This document shows, piece by piece, positions 47,324 through 55,926 of a stretch of 64,000 nucleotides of DNA. The first letter of the stretch is position 1, and each line of letters starts with the position of its first letter. This DNA comes from Thermoleophilia bacterium UBA2241 (GTDB taxonomy: Bacteria > Actinomycetota > Thermoleophilia > UBA2241). Below the pieces are notes generated by a model that was not told the DNA's origin, did not search any database, and saw nothing but the letters and a program-made list of their open reading frames with translations. A program made the position numbers and the translations under genes. The stretch is taken from positions 68,541-132,540 of the forward strand of contig DDYF01000039.1 of the NCBI GenBank assembly GCA_002347645.1, given 5' to 3'.

Positions 47324-49072
47324 TCAGTGCCCGGCGCGGTCGAGCGCCTCGTTCACCAGACGGTCCGCCTCGGCGTTCTGTTCCCTGGGGATGTGCTTGA
47401 CCTCCACTTCGCGGAAGCCGTGAAGGCGGCGCGCCGCCTCCGCGTGCAGGGCCTTGAGGTCGGCGTTCTTCACCCTGTACTCGCCCCTGAGCTGACGGAC
47501 CACGAGCTCGCTGTCCATGAAGACGGCGAGGCGCTCCACGCCGCGGTCGAGCGCCAGCTCGAGCCCAGCCAGGAGCGCCTCATACTCGGCCACGTTGTTC
47601 GTCGCTTCGCCGATCACGGCACTCGCCTCGTCGACCAGCGTGCCCTCGGCGGTGAGCAGGCGCGCGCCGATCCCGGCAGGGCCGGGATTCCCGCGCGACC
47701 CGCCGTCGGTGTAGAGGTGATGGCGCATGTCGTCACGATTCGCCGGAAGGACGGGTTCGCCTGCCGCACTCACGTCGCGCGTCCGCCCCTCGGCCTCATC
47801 GTCGACCGACTCGTCCTGCGCCTCATCGGCACGGACCAGGCGCAGCGCGGGCCGCGGAATGGGCGCCGGGGCGCCGCCAGGGAGCGTCGCCCAGATGGGC
47901 TGCCCGGCGCGGTGGGTCTCGACACGGACCCGATGGCGCGCGAGCGCGTCCGCAAGCGTCTCGGCCCATCGCGCGAGCGCCGCATCCTCTACGACGTCGT
48001 GCGGCGCGTCGACCAGGCCGAGCCCAAGGTCGTGCGCGTGCCGCGCCTCGTGGTACTTGACGTCGCCCGTCACGAGGACGTCGGCCGAGGATGCGGCGGC
48101 GTCGATGAGCGAGGCACCCGATCCGGCGACACAGGCCACCCTGCGTACCTCGCGCTCCGGCCCGGCGCTCACCCGTACGGCCGGCAGGTGCAACTCGGCG
48201 GCCACATCGGCCGCGAGCCGCGAGAGCAGCTGCGGGCGAGGGAGCTCGCCGACGCGGCCGAGCCCCAGGCTCGCGACCTCGTCGTCGACCCGGTACACGT
48301 CGAACGCCGGCTCCTCGTACGGGTGGCCGGCGACGTAGGCGTCGACAACGGCGCGTCGCAGCCGGCGTGGGAACACGACCTCCAGGCGCACCTCGTGCAC
48401 GGTCTCGTCGCGACCCTGCTCGCCCACGACCGGGCTCGCGCCCTCGCCACCGAAGAACGTCCCCTCCCCGGGCGTGGCGAACGAGCAGTGCTCGTAGGCC
48501 CCGATGCGGCCTCCGCCCGCCGCGTAGACCGCGGCGCGGACGACGGCCAAGGCGTCGGAAGGAACGAAGCCGACGAGCTTGCACCAGTCGACGGGCGCCG
48601 GGGCGAGCGGACGGACGTCCTCGAGCCCCAGCATGCCGGCGAACACGTCGCCAAGGCCGCCGCGGGCCTTGTCGAGATTGGTGTGCGCGACGAGGACGGT
48701 GGTGCCGTCGCGCGCCGCGCGCAGCGCCAGCGCGCCCGCGGTCGAGCCGTCGGTCAGGCGTTCGAGCGGCGCGAACAGCAGCGGGTGATGCGCCAGCACC
48801 AGCGAGCAGCCGAGTCGCCGCGCCGCCGCCAGCGCCGCGGCGTCCGCCTCGAGCGCGACGAGGACGCCGGTGACCGCGGCGCCAGCCGATCCTACCTGCA
48901 GGCCGACGTGGTCCCACGTCTCCGCAAGGTCGAACGGCGCGAGCTTGTCGACGACGCGCGCGAGGTCGCGCACGCAGAACGCACCGTCGCGCGCGCCACC
49001 CTCGCGCGCGCCCCCGCTCGGACCTCCGCCGCTCCGTCCGCGCCCTTCCCCCGAGCTCCTCGCATCGTCCAT
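47324..49072 (-). CDS. Nif3-like dinuclear-metal-centre protein (YqfO/NIF3 family) fused in frame to a C-terminal ribonuclease HI domain
   Basis: One stop-free frame runs from 49303 to 47324. The Nif3 N-lobe reads LAPFDLAETWDHVGLQVG and the C-lobe ...GDVKYHEARHA... After a Pro/Ala linker comes RNase HI (MRHHLYTDGGSRGNPGPAGIG...VAEYEALLAGLELA...REQNAEADRLVN). ATG at 49072 was chosen. Confidence 0.65.
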   Translation of the reverse strand: MDDARSSGEGRGRSGGGPSGGAREGGARDGAFCVRDLARVVDKLAPFDLAETWDHVGLQVGSAGAAVTGVLVALEADAAALAAARRLGCSLVLAHHPLLFAPLERLTDGSTAGALALRAARDGTTVLVAHTNLDKARGGLGDVFAGMLGLEDVRPLAPAPVDWCKLVGFVPSDALAVVRAAVYAAGGGRIGAYEHCSFATPGEGTFFGGEGASPVVGEQGRDETVHEVRLEVVFPRRLRRAVVDAYVAGHPYEEPAFDVYRVDDEVASLGLGRVGELPRPQLLSRLAADVAAELHLPAVRVSAGPEREVRRVACVAGSGASLIDAAASSADVLVTGDVKYHEARHAHDLGLGLVDAPHDVVEDAALARWAETLADALARHRVRVETHRAGQPIWATLPGGAPAPIPRPALRLVRADEAQDESVDDEAEGRTRDVSAAGEPVLPANRDDMRHHLYTDGGSRGNPGPAGIGARLLTAEGTLVDEASAVIGEATNNVAEYEALLAGLELALDRGVERLAVFMDSELVVRQLRGEYRVKNADLKALHAEAARRLHGFREVEVKHIPREQNAEADRLVNEALDRAGH

Positions 49073-49103
49073 GGACCCGATTCTAGCGTGTACACTCCGG
49101 CGC

Positions 49104-50777
49104 ATGAGCGTTGAGCCGGCAGAGCGCGGTCTCGGGGGCGCGGCCGGCGGCGACGCTCCCTCGGAGCGCCGGCCGTGGCTCGTCCTCCTCGCGCTCGTCC
49201 CCGGCATCGTCTTGACACTCGCCGACGCCACGATCATGAGCGTGGCCGTCCCGTTGGTGATCCAGCGCCTCGACGCGTCCGTCACCGCAGTGTCGTGGAT
49301 CATGAACGGCTACAACCTGGTCCTCACGGTGCTCTTCCTGCCCATGGGCAGGCTCGGCGACCGTTGGGGCCACAAGCGGGTCTTCGTCCTCGGCCTCATC
49401 GGCTTCACGGCCGCCTCCCTCGGCTGCGCGCGCACTGAGACGATCGAGGCGCTCATCGCCTGGCGGGCGGTGCAGGCGGTGGGCGCGGCGGCCGTGATCC
49501 CGACGGCCCTGACGATCTTGCTCGCCGTCTACCCGGCGGCGCGGCGAGGCTTCGCCGCCGGCATGTTCGGCGCCATCAGCTCGGCCGCCGCGGCCATGGG
49601 GCCGACAATGGGCGGCCTGCTGATCGACCGCTGGTCGTGGCAGGCGGTCTTCTGGTTCAACCTGCCCGTGGGCCTGCTGGGCATCGTCCTCGCCCTCGTC
49701 CTCATCCCACGGCGCGGAGAGAGGCCGGCGCCGGCGGGCCTCGACCTCACCGGCGCCGCCCTCGCCGCCGCGGGCCTCCTCTGCCTGACCCTCGGCCTCA
49801 TTCAGGGGAACACGTGGGACTGGACCTCGGCGCGCATCATCCTCCTGTTCCTCGCCGCGGCAGGGCTGCTCAGCGCCTTCTTCGTGCACGAGGCGCGCAC
49901 GCGCGAGCCCTTCCTCGACCTGGCCTTCTTCAGGCGGCGCTCGTTCGCCGCCGCGAGCGCCGCGATCATGACCGTCGACACGGCGATGATGGGCACGACC
50001 TTCATGCTGGTCATCTACATGGTCGCGATGCTGGACTACACCGAGCTCAAGGCCGGGCTCGTGGTGACGACTCTGCCGCTCGCGGGGTTCGTTCTTGCCC
50101 CGCTCGCCGGCCGTATCGTCGATCGCGCCGGGCCGCGCCTGCCGGCGCTCGCCGGCGCGCTCCTCACCGCGGCCGGCCTCGTCGCGCTGGCCTCCATCGA
50201 CCGTTCGGCCTCGGCCGGCGCCGTCGCCTGGCGCACCGCGCTCGTCGGCGCCGGCCTCGGCCTCTCTTTGCCCGCGCTGACCGCCGCGGGCATGAGCGCG
50301 TTGCCGGCGGAGATCCGCGGCCTGGGTTCGGGTGTCCTCAATACGGCGCGCCAACTCGGGTTCCTGCTCGGTGTCGCCGTCCTCGTCGCCGTCTTCTCGT
50401 ACACGATGCAGACCGCGGTCGGCCGCGCCGCCGACCAGGCCAAGGTCATGACAAACGCGAGCGCCGCGATCCCCTCCGACCTCAAGCCGGATGTGGCCGC
50501 CGCCATCGACAGCGCCCGCGACATCGACGTCTCGCTCGGCATGAGCGAGATCATGAAGGTGGCTCACCCCATCGCCGAGGTGATCGAGCCGCGCGTCGGT
50601 CCCCTCGAGGGCATCGCCCTGCTCGGGCTGAAGGACGACCTCGAGACGCTGTTCATGGACGAGGCGGCGAACGCCTTCCGCTGGCCGTTGCTGGCCGCGG
50701 CCATCGCGGCGCTGCTGGCGCTGATCCCCAGCGCGGTGCTGCCGATGCGGCTGCCGCGGCTCGACGGCGACGACTGA
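49104..50777 (+). CDS. MFS transporter, DHA2 (EmrB/QacA, 14-TMS) drug:H+ antiporter family
   Basis: 557 aa from the internal ATG MSVEPAERG. MFS motif A reads LPMGRLGDRWGHKRV. It has 14 hydrophobic segments. Confidence 0.8.
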   Translation: MSVEPAERGLGGAAGGDAPSERRPWLVLLALVPGIVLTLADATIMSVAVPLVIQRLDASVTAVSWIMNGYNLVLTVLFLPMGRLGDRWGHKRVFVLGLIGFTAASLGCARTETIEALIAWRAVQAVGAAAVIPTALTILLAVYPAARRGFAAGMFGAISSAAAAMGPTMGGLLIDRWSWQAVFWFNLPVGLLGIVLALVLIPRRGERPAPAGLDLTGAALAAAGLLCLTLGLIQGNTWDWTSARIILLFLAAAGLLSAFFVHEARTREPFLDLAFFRRRSFAAASAAIMTVDTAMMGTTFMLVIYMVAMLDYTELKAGLVVTTLPLAGFVLAPLAGRIVDRAGPRLPALAGALLTAAGLVALASIDRSASAGAVAWRTALVGAGLGLSLPALTAAGMSALPAEIRGLGSGVLNTARQLGFLLGVAVLVAVFSYTMQTAVGRAADQAKVMTNASAAIPSDLKPDVAAAIDSARDIDVSLGMSEIMKVAHPIAEVIEPRVGPLEGIALLGLKDDLETLFMDEAANAFRWPLLAAAIAALLALIPSAVLPMRLPRLDGDD

Positions 50778-50927
50778 GACGCATCCCGCCCGCGGCCGCG
50801 GCGCGCCGCGCGACGGTCGTCCCGTTCCGCCACCTTGAATCACAGACCGAGGTATACAATAACGTCAACTTGTACAACTGAGGCAGGACGTCCGCTACAC
50901 TGAGACCATGGAAGCGAGGACCACATC

Positions 50928-51365
50928 ATGGCGGGCAGGCTGAACGTGAGCGAGGCGCGCAGAGACTTCTCGGCCCTCGTCGAGAGAGCGGGACGGGGCG
51001 ACTGGCAGGTGATCGGCCGACGCGGCCAAGCGGAGGTGGTGCTCGCCGACGGTCGCGAACTCGACGAGCTGCTCTCGCGCTGCTACCCCTTCGCCCCCGA
51101 AGTGTCCTTTGAGCACGAGAACGTCGGCATCTACCTGCTGGAGCTCGCCGTGCACGGCGTCGGCACGTCGCTGCCGCAAGCGCAGGCCGACTTGATGGAT
51201 GCGGCCACCGCGTACGTCGCCGAGTGGGTCGAGTGGCTGCATGCCGCTCCGGACCACCGTGACAGGGCCGGCTGGGTCCGACGTGTCCAGCTCGCCGCCG
51301 ACGACCCAGCTGCCCTGGGACGCACCCTGTTCGGCGACGCGTATCAGCCGCTCGCGACCCAGTGA
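50928..51365 (+). CDS. Putative type II antitoxin with a Phd/YefM-like N-terminal domain and an extra C-terminal domain, 145 aa
   Basis: MAGRLNVSEARRDFSALVERAGRGDWQVIGRRGQAEVVLADGRELDELL resembles the Phd/YefM fold. A GAGGA Shine-Dalgarno and AT-rich palindromes (TTGTACAA, GTATAC) sit in the 5' region. Confidence 0.5.
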   Translation: MAGRLNVSEARRDFSALVERAGRGDWQVIGRRGQAEVVLADGRELDELLSRCYPFAPEVSFEHENVGIYLLELAVHGVGTSLPQAQADLMDAATAYVAEWVEWLHAAPDHRDRAGWVRRVQLAADDPAALGRTLFGDAYQPLATQ

Positions 51366-51372
51366 CGGGCCC

Positions 51373-51804
51373 GTGAGGCTCGCCCGCAAGAGTGACGTGC
51401 GCCGCTTCTGCCAGATCGACGGCTGGTGGTGCACCGCCGACGCACCCGGATCTCGCGTCGCCAAGCACGTGGTCTGGGTCAAGACCCTGCCCGACGGCAT
51501 GGTGCTGCGCGTCGCCATCTCGAAGGGTCGCGGCGAGTACACGCGCCTTTTGTTCGCGCAGATCCTCAAGCACGAGCTGCGCGTCAATGGGCGCGACTTT
51601 TGGCGAGCCGTCGACAAGGGCGTCGCCCCGGCGCGTCCGGAGCAGGCCGGTACCCGTCGACCCGAGGGTGCCGCCTTGCCGCTCGCGCTGGTCGCACGCC
51701 TGCTCCGCGCCGGCTACGCCGAGAGCGACCTGCACGGACTCACTCGCGAGCAGGCGGAGAGCCTGCCGACGAACACAGAGTCCCCTCGTCAGCCGCCAGC
51801 CTGA
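51373..51804 (+). CDS. Putative toxin partner: HicA/YcfA-like domain with a C-terminal extension, 143 aa
   Basis: GTG 51373 lies 8 nt after the upstream stop. SDVRRFCQIDGWWCTADAPGSRVAKHVVWVKTLPDGMVLRVAISKGRGEYTRLLFAQILKHEL aligns to the HicA pattern (..DGW.....GSH..KH.........IP...G.L..ILKQ). Speculative. Confidence 0.4.
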   Translation: MRLARKSDVRRFCQIDGWWCTADAPGSRVAKHVVWVKTLPDGMVLRVAISKGRGEYTRLLFAQILKHELRVNGRDFWRAVDKGVAPARPEQAGTRRPEGAALPLALVARLLRAGYAESDLHGLTREQAESLPTNTESPRQPPA

Positions 51805-52294
51805 GGATCGACTCCTCCACCTCTGCGCCGCGCGCGTTTGAGAAGCCCGTGTCCGCACCGACGAGAACGAAGCCGCACTTCTCGAGGACGCGCAAAGAGG
51901 CCGAGTTGTCCTTCGCCGCGCGGCCGTAGATCGGCCGCGTGGTCACGACGTGGAGGAAGGCCCTCAGCGCCGCGCTCGCGACACCCCTGCCCCAATACTC
52001 GCGCCCGAGCCAGTAGGTGACCTCGAGCTTGCCCAGTTCCGGGTCGACGTAGCTCGCGACGTGGCCCGCCGCCGCCCCGCCGACGAGGACCGTCCTCACG
52101 GTGACGTCCTCGTCGGCGCGGATCTTGCGCCAGTGCTCCTCGAAGGCCGCGCGGTCCGTCGGGTCCAAGGTGGTGAACGCCGCCATGCGGACGGCCTCCG
52201 CGTCCTGCCGGTGCGCGAAGAAGATATCCAAGTCGCCGTCGGCGACCTCGCGCAGGGTGATCTCAGGCCGTACGAGAGCCTCGCCCTGGCCCAT
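51740..52294 (-). CDS. GNAT-family N-acetyltransferase
   Basis: 184 aa with the acetyl-CoA motif A region WLGREYWGRGVASAAL. Its 3' end overlaps the convergent HicA-like ORF by about 65 nt. Confidence 0.75.
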   Translation of the reverse strand: MGQGEALVRPEITLREVADGDLDIFFAHRQDAEAVRMAAFTTLDPTDRAAFEEHWRKIRADEDVTVRTVLVGGAAAGHVASYVDPELGKLEVTYWLGREYWGRGVASAALRAFLHVVTTRPIYGRAAKDNSASLRVLEKCGFVLVGADTGFSNARGAEVEESILRLAADEGTLCSSAGSPPARE

Positions 52295-52317
52295 GACGCC
52301 GTTGAGGACGCCCGCAG

Positions 52318-53406
52318 TCAGAGCGGCTCGTCCAGCGTGCAGCGCAGCATCGCCACGCCGAAGCAGTCATGGCAGCCGTCGCACCTCGTACAGGTCGCCT
52401 CGGCCTGCCCCGCGGCGAGCTTGGTGACGAGGTCGCGCTCCCTGATGAGAGGTCGGCTGAGGCTGACGAGGTCGGCGAGCCCGCTCTGCACGACGGCCTG
52501 CATGGCGGCCAGATTCGAGAAGCCGTCGACGAGCGCCAGCGGAGTGCCGCCAGTGGCCTGACGGATCCGCGCGCAGTGCCCGGCGAAGCTCACTTCCGCG
52601 AGAGCCGGGTCGTTCGCGCGGGCGCGCTGGCGGCAGCGCGCTTGCTCGCCGAAGCCGCCGCCGCTGACCTCGATGAAGTCGGCGCCGAAGCGCGCCAGCT
52701 CGCCGGCGACCTCGGCGGCCTCCTCGACCGTGAAGCCGTCCTCGCTGAAGTCGTCGCAGTTCAGCTTGACACCGACGGGCACGTCGTCGCCCAGGTAGGA
52801 GCGGATCTCGAGGTAGACCTCGCGTAGGAGCCGCGCACGGTTCGTGAGGCTGCCGCCCCACTCGTCCGTGCGCCGGTTGGCAAGCCGGCTGAGGAACTGG
52901 CTCATGAGGTAGCCGTGCGCGGCGTGGATCTGGACGCCGTCGAAGCCGGCGTCCAGGCAGCGCCGCGCCGCCTCGCCGAATGCGCCGACCGCCTCGCGGA
53001 TCTCGCCGGCGTCCATGGCGCGAGCGCGCCATTCCTGCGTCTCGACGGCGCTCGGCCCCATGCGCTCGCCGGCCTCCGCCTCCCAGCCGCCGTGGTTGAT
53101 CTGGGCGACGATGGCGCCGCCGCTGCCGTGAACCGCGCCAGTCACCTGCGCCAGCCCGGAGATGTGGGCGTCGTCGCTCGCGCCCGCCATGCCCGCGTGA
53201 GCCTTGCCCTTGGGGTCGACGTAGAGATGCCCCTTGATGATGAGACCGACTTCACCCCGGGCCAGCTCTCCGTAGCGCCCGACGATCTCGGGGCCGACGA
53301 TCCCGTGACCGTCGGCCCAAGCGCTCGTCGTGGCGCTGCGCACGAAGCGGTTGCGGAGCTTCAGGAGGCCGAGCGTATACGGGGCGAAGAGGTCGATGGC
53401 CGCCAT
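52318..53406 (-). CDS. Old-Yellow-Enzyme family NADH:flavin oxidoreductase
   Basis: 362 aa with OYE blocks VQINHGG, GFDGVQIHAAHGYLMSQFLS and a CDGCHDC Cys cluster at the C-terminus. Its start overlaps the PhzF-like stop. Confidence 0.85.
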   Translation of the reverse strand: MAAIDLFAPYTLGLLKLRNRFVRSATTSAWADGHGIVGPEIVGRYGELARGEVGLIIKGHLYVDPKGKAHAGMAGASDDAHISGLAQVTGAVHGSGGAIVAQINHGGWEAEAGERMGPSAVETQEWRARAMDAGEIREAVGAFGEAARRCLDAGFDGVQIHAAHGYLMSQFLSRLANRRTDEWGGSLTNRARLLREVYLEIRSYLGDDVPVGVKLNCDDFSEDGFTVEEAAEVAGELARFGADFIEVSGGGFGEQARCRQRARANDPALAEVSFAGHCARIRQATGGTPLALVDGFSNLAAMQAVVQSGLADLVSLSRPLIRERDLVTKLAAGQAEATCTRCDGCHDCFGVAMLRCTLDEPL

Positions 53407-54308
53407 CAGACCTCGATGTGTCCTTCGGCGACCATCACGCTCTCGCCGCCGATGCGCACTTCGACGACCTCGCCGGCCCTCTTCTCGGCGCGCGCCTCGA
53501 GGACGCTCGGCCGTCCCATCTCGACGCCCTGTGCGATGCGCCAGCTGAAGGTGCCGTCCGGGGCCTGGTCGAGGTCGGCGAGCAGGGCGGCGAGCGTGCA
53601 GTTGGCGCTGCCCGTGGCGGGGTCCTCGGGGATGCCGTCCAACGGCGAGAACATGCGCGCGCGGATGTCGAAGTCATCGCCGGACCTCACGTACACGAGC
53701 AGGTCCGGCACCTCCGCCCCGTCGGCACGCAGTCGCTCGGCACCGGCCACGTCGAGGCGGACGCGCTCGAGCGCGGCCCGGTCGCGGAGCTCGGCGATGA
53801 TGAACGGCAGGCCGACGGAGGCGACGAGCGGCTCGTGCGCGGTCGTCACGATCTCGTCGTCGGTCAGGCCGCCGGCGGCGGCGAGAGAGGAAACGGGGAC
53901 GGCCCCGCCGCGCGACAGCGGCTGCGGGGCCGTCAGCTCGCACCTGATCCGGCCGTCGGCACCCCGCGCGATAGCGACGGGCACGGGCCCGGCGTCCTCC
54001 TCAAAGACGACCGTGCGCGGCTCGTCGAGGTCGCCGAACGCGCCGGTCGTCGCGAGCACGAACGCCGTCCCGATGTTTGGATGCCCCGCGAACGGCACCT
54101 CGTACGGCGGCGTGAAGATGCGGACTTTGCGGTCGTGCCCCTTCTCCGGCGGCAGCACGAAGGTCGACTCCGAGTAGTTGAACTCGCGCGCGATCTGCTG
54201 CATCTGCTGCCCGCTGAGCCCTTCGGCCTCGGGCAGCACGGCGAGCTGGTTGCCGCCGAAGCGCGTGTCGGTGAAGACGTCGCAGGTGAAGTAGCGGTAG
54301 CGTGTCAC
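53406..54308 (-). CDS. PhzF-family (phenazine-biosynthesis-like) isomerase
   Basis: 300 aa with N-terminal FTxxxFxGNxLAV and an ESTF catalytic Glu block. Confidence 0.85.
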   Translation of the reverse strand: MTRYRYFTCDVFTDTRFGGNQLAVLPEAEGLSGQQMQQIAREFNYSESTFVLPPEKGHDRKVRIFTPPYEVPFAGHPNIGTAFVLATTGAFGDLDEPRTVVFEEDAGPVPVAIARGADGRIRCELTAPQPLSRGGAVPVSSLAAAGGLTDDEIVTTAHEPLVASVGLPFIIAELRDRAALERVRLDVAGAERLRADGAEVPDLLVYVRSGDDFDIRARMFSPLDGIPEDPATGSANCTLAALLADLDQAPDGTFSWRIAQGVEMGRPSVLEARAEKRAGEVVEVRIGGESVMVAEGHIEV

Positions 54309-54408
54309 AGTCGTCTCCTCTCGGCGCTGGGGCGCGGCACCACGTCTTGTGGCGCGTCTAGCCTACCGGACCGCGCGGCCGCGGCCCTACGGCAGCGCGG
54401 TCCCCTCC

Positions 54409-55149
54409 CTACGGCAGCGCGGTCCCCTTGATCACCTTGCCGTCGAAGACCGGCACGACCTTCACCTGGTCGAAGGCGAACGAATACGGGAGCACGTCGT
54501 CCAGGCCCAGGTTCTTCAGACGATGGCGTTGAGCCGCCTTCTCGATGTAGCCCAGCACGTCGCCCTCGGCCAGGCTCCACAGATCCATCGACGCGTGGGC
54601 CGAATCGCACTCGGTCCGGAACTTGCCCGTGTCCAACAGCCGACGTGTCAGCGCTCCGGCGAAGAGCGTGTCCTCGAGGCAGAACCTGTTCTGCCATCCC
54701 GAGCAGAGGATGACCACGTTCTTCCGCTGCCTCGCAAGCCGCGCCGTCAGGGCGGAGATGTTGACGAAGGCGCCGATCGCGACGCCGCCGGCGCCCTTCG
54801 CGAGGCGGAGCGCTCGCGTGCCGTTGGTCGTGCAGTAGACGAGCGTCTTGCCACCGATGGCGTCTCTGGTGAAACTCAACGCCGAGTTGCCGAAGTCGGC
54901 GAAGTCGAGTTGCACGCCGTCCTTCTCGGAGGCGACCAGGAACCCTTCCGACTTGAGCCGCCTTGCTTCCTCGTGTGAGGCGACGGGGATGATCTCCTCC
55001 ACCCCGTTCGCGACCGCCGTGCAGATGGTGGTCGCGGCGCGCAGGACGTCGACCAGCACGACGATGAAGTCGTCCTTCGTCAGGATGTCCTGGAACAACC
55101 CGGGCGAGAGGCACACCTCGACGCTCCTCGTCTCGTGCAACTCCGTCAT
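54409..55149 (-). CDS. 2-phosphosulfolactate phosphatase (ComB) family protein
   Basis: 246 aa from the internal ATG MTELHETRSV of ORF 54409..55695, behind an AGGAAGG Shine-Dalgarno. VLVDVLRAATTICTAVANG and VYCTTNGTRAL match the ComB family. Confidence 0.75.
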   Translation of the reverse strand: MTELHETRSVEVCLSPGLFQDILTKDDFIVVLVDVLRAATTICTAVANGVEEIIPVASHEEARRLKSEGFLVASEKDGVQLDFADFGNSALSFTRDAIGGKTLVYCTTNGTRALRLAKGAGGVAIGAFVNISALTARLARQRKNVVILCSGWQNRFCLEDTLFAGALTRRLLDTGKFRTECDSAHASMDLWSLAEGDVLGYIEKAAQRHRLKNLGLDDVLPYSFAFDQVKVVPVFDGKVIKGTALP

Positions 55150-55280
55150 CCTTCCTGTCGACACGGCACGGCCACGAGCCGGACGGTGCGACAATAGCAG
55201 TCGCGACAGGTGTGTGACGTCGACTCCGGCAGAAGTACCCCGGCGCGGCGGCGCGGCCCGACACGACGAGGAGCGAGCGG

Positions 55281-55811
55281 ATGACAGCCATCGACGACCC
55301 GGATCACGGCGCGGCCGGCGCCGACCCAGGCCCTTTCGTCGTGTCGCGTCCCTGCCCCGTGTGCCAAGGGCAGGGCGCCACCAACGGACAGCCCTGCCCC
55401 ACGTGCCACGGAACGGGCGTGCAGCGGTTCTTCCACGGCACGAAGGCCGACCTGAAGCTGGGCGACCTGATCGAGCCCGGCCGTTCCCCCAACTTCGGTG
55501 ACCTCGAGCGGACGACGAACTTCGTCTACCTGACCGGCACCCTAGATGCGGCCGTCTGGGGAGCGGAGCTGGCCGTCGGCGAGGGGTCAGGCAGGATCTA
55601 CATCGTCGAGCCGACCGGCCCGATCGAGAACGACCCCAATCTGACGGACAAGAAATTCCCCGGGAATCCGACGAAGTCGTACCGCTCCCGGGCACCGCTG
55701 CTGGTCACGGGCGAGGTCACCGACTGGAAGGGGCACGCTCCGGAAGAGCTCAAGGCGATGAAGGACGGCCTCGAGCGACTCAAACAGCAGGGCATCGAGC
55801 CCATTGACTGA
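55281..55811 (+). CDS. arr: Rifampin ADP-ribosyltransferase (Arr family) with an N-terminal DnaJ-type CxxCxGxG x2 zinc finger
   Basis: The Arr core reads FFHGTKADLKLGDLIEPG...TNFVYLTGTLDAAVWGAELAVGEGSGRIYIVEPTGPIENDPNL. The N-terminal extension reads CPVCQGQGATNGQPCPTCHGTG. ATG sits behind a GAGGAG Shine-Dalgarno. Confidence 0.75.
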   Translation: MTAIDDPDHGAAGADPGPFVVSRPCPVCQGQGATNGQPCPTCHGTGVQRFFHGTKADLKLGDLIEPGRSPNFGDLERTTNFVYLTGTLDAAVWGAELAVGEGSGRIYIVEPTGPIENDPNLTDKKFPGNPTKSYRSRAPLLVTGEVTDWKGHAPEELKAMKDGLERLKQQGIEPID

Positions 55812-55834
55812 CCGCGACGCTTCCCGCATGCCTG

Positions 55835-55926
55835 TCAAGCATCAGCCGAAGCCGGCGTCAAGCATCAGCCGAAACAGTCGTCAATGATCAGGCGAGTCAC
55901 TGTCAAGCAGCAGGTGACGCTGGAGT
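55835..55926. repeat. Four tandem direct repeats of about 22-23 bp (GTCAAGCATCAGCCGAAnnnnnn, degenerating 3'-ward) between arr and tRNA-Met
   Basis: Copies start at 55835, 55858, 55881 and 55903. The first two are 17/17 identical and the later ones diverge (GTCAATGATCAGGCGAG, GTCAAGCAGCAGGTGAC). Confidence 0.5.

Noticed and set aside
55835-55926. CRISPR array
   Set aside because: Only about 4 short (17-bp core) repeats with 5-6 bp spacers. There are no uniform spacers and no cas genes. It was kept as a tandem repeat or iteron candidate instead.
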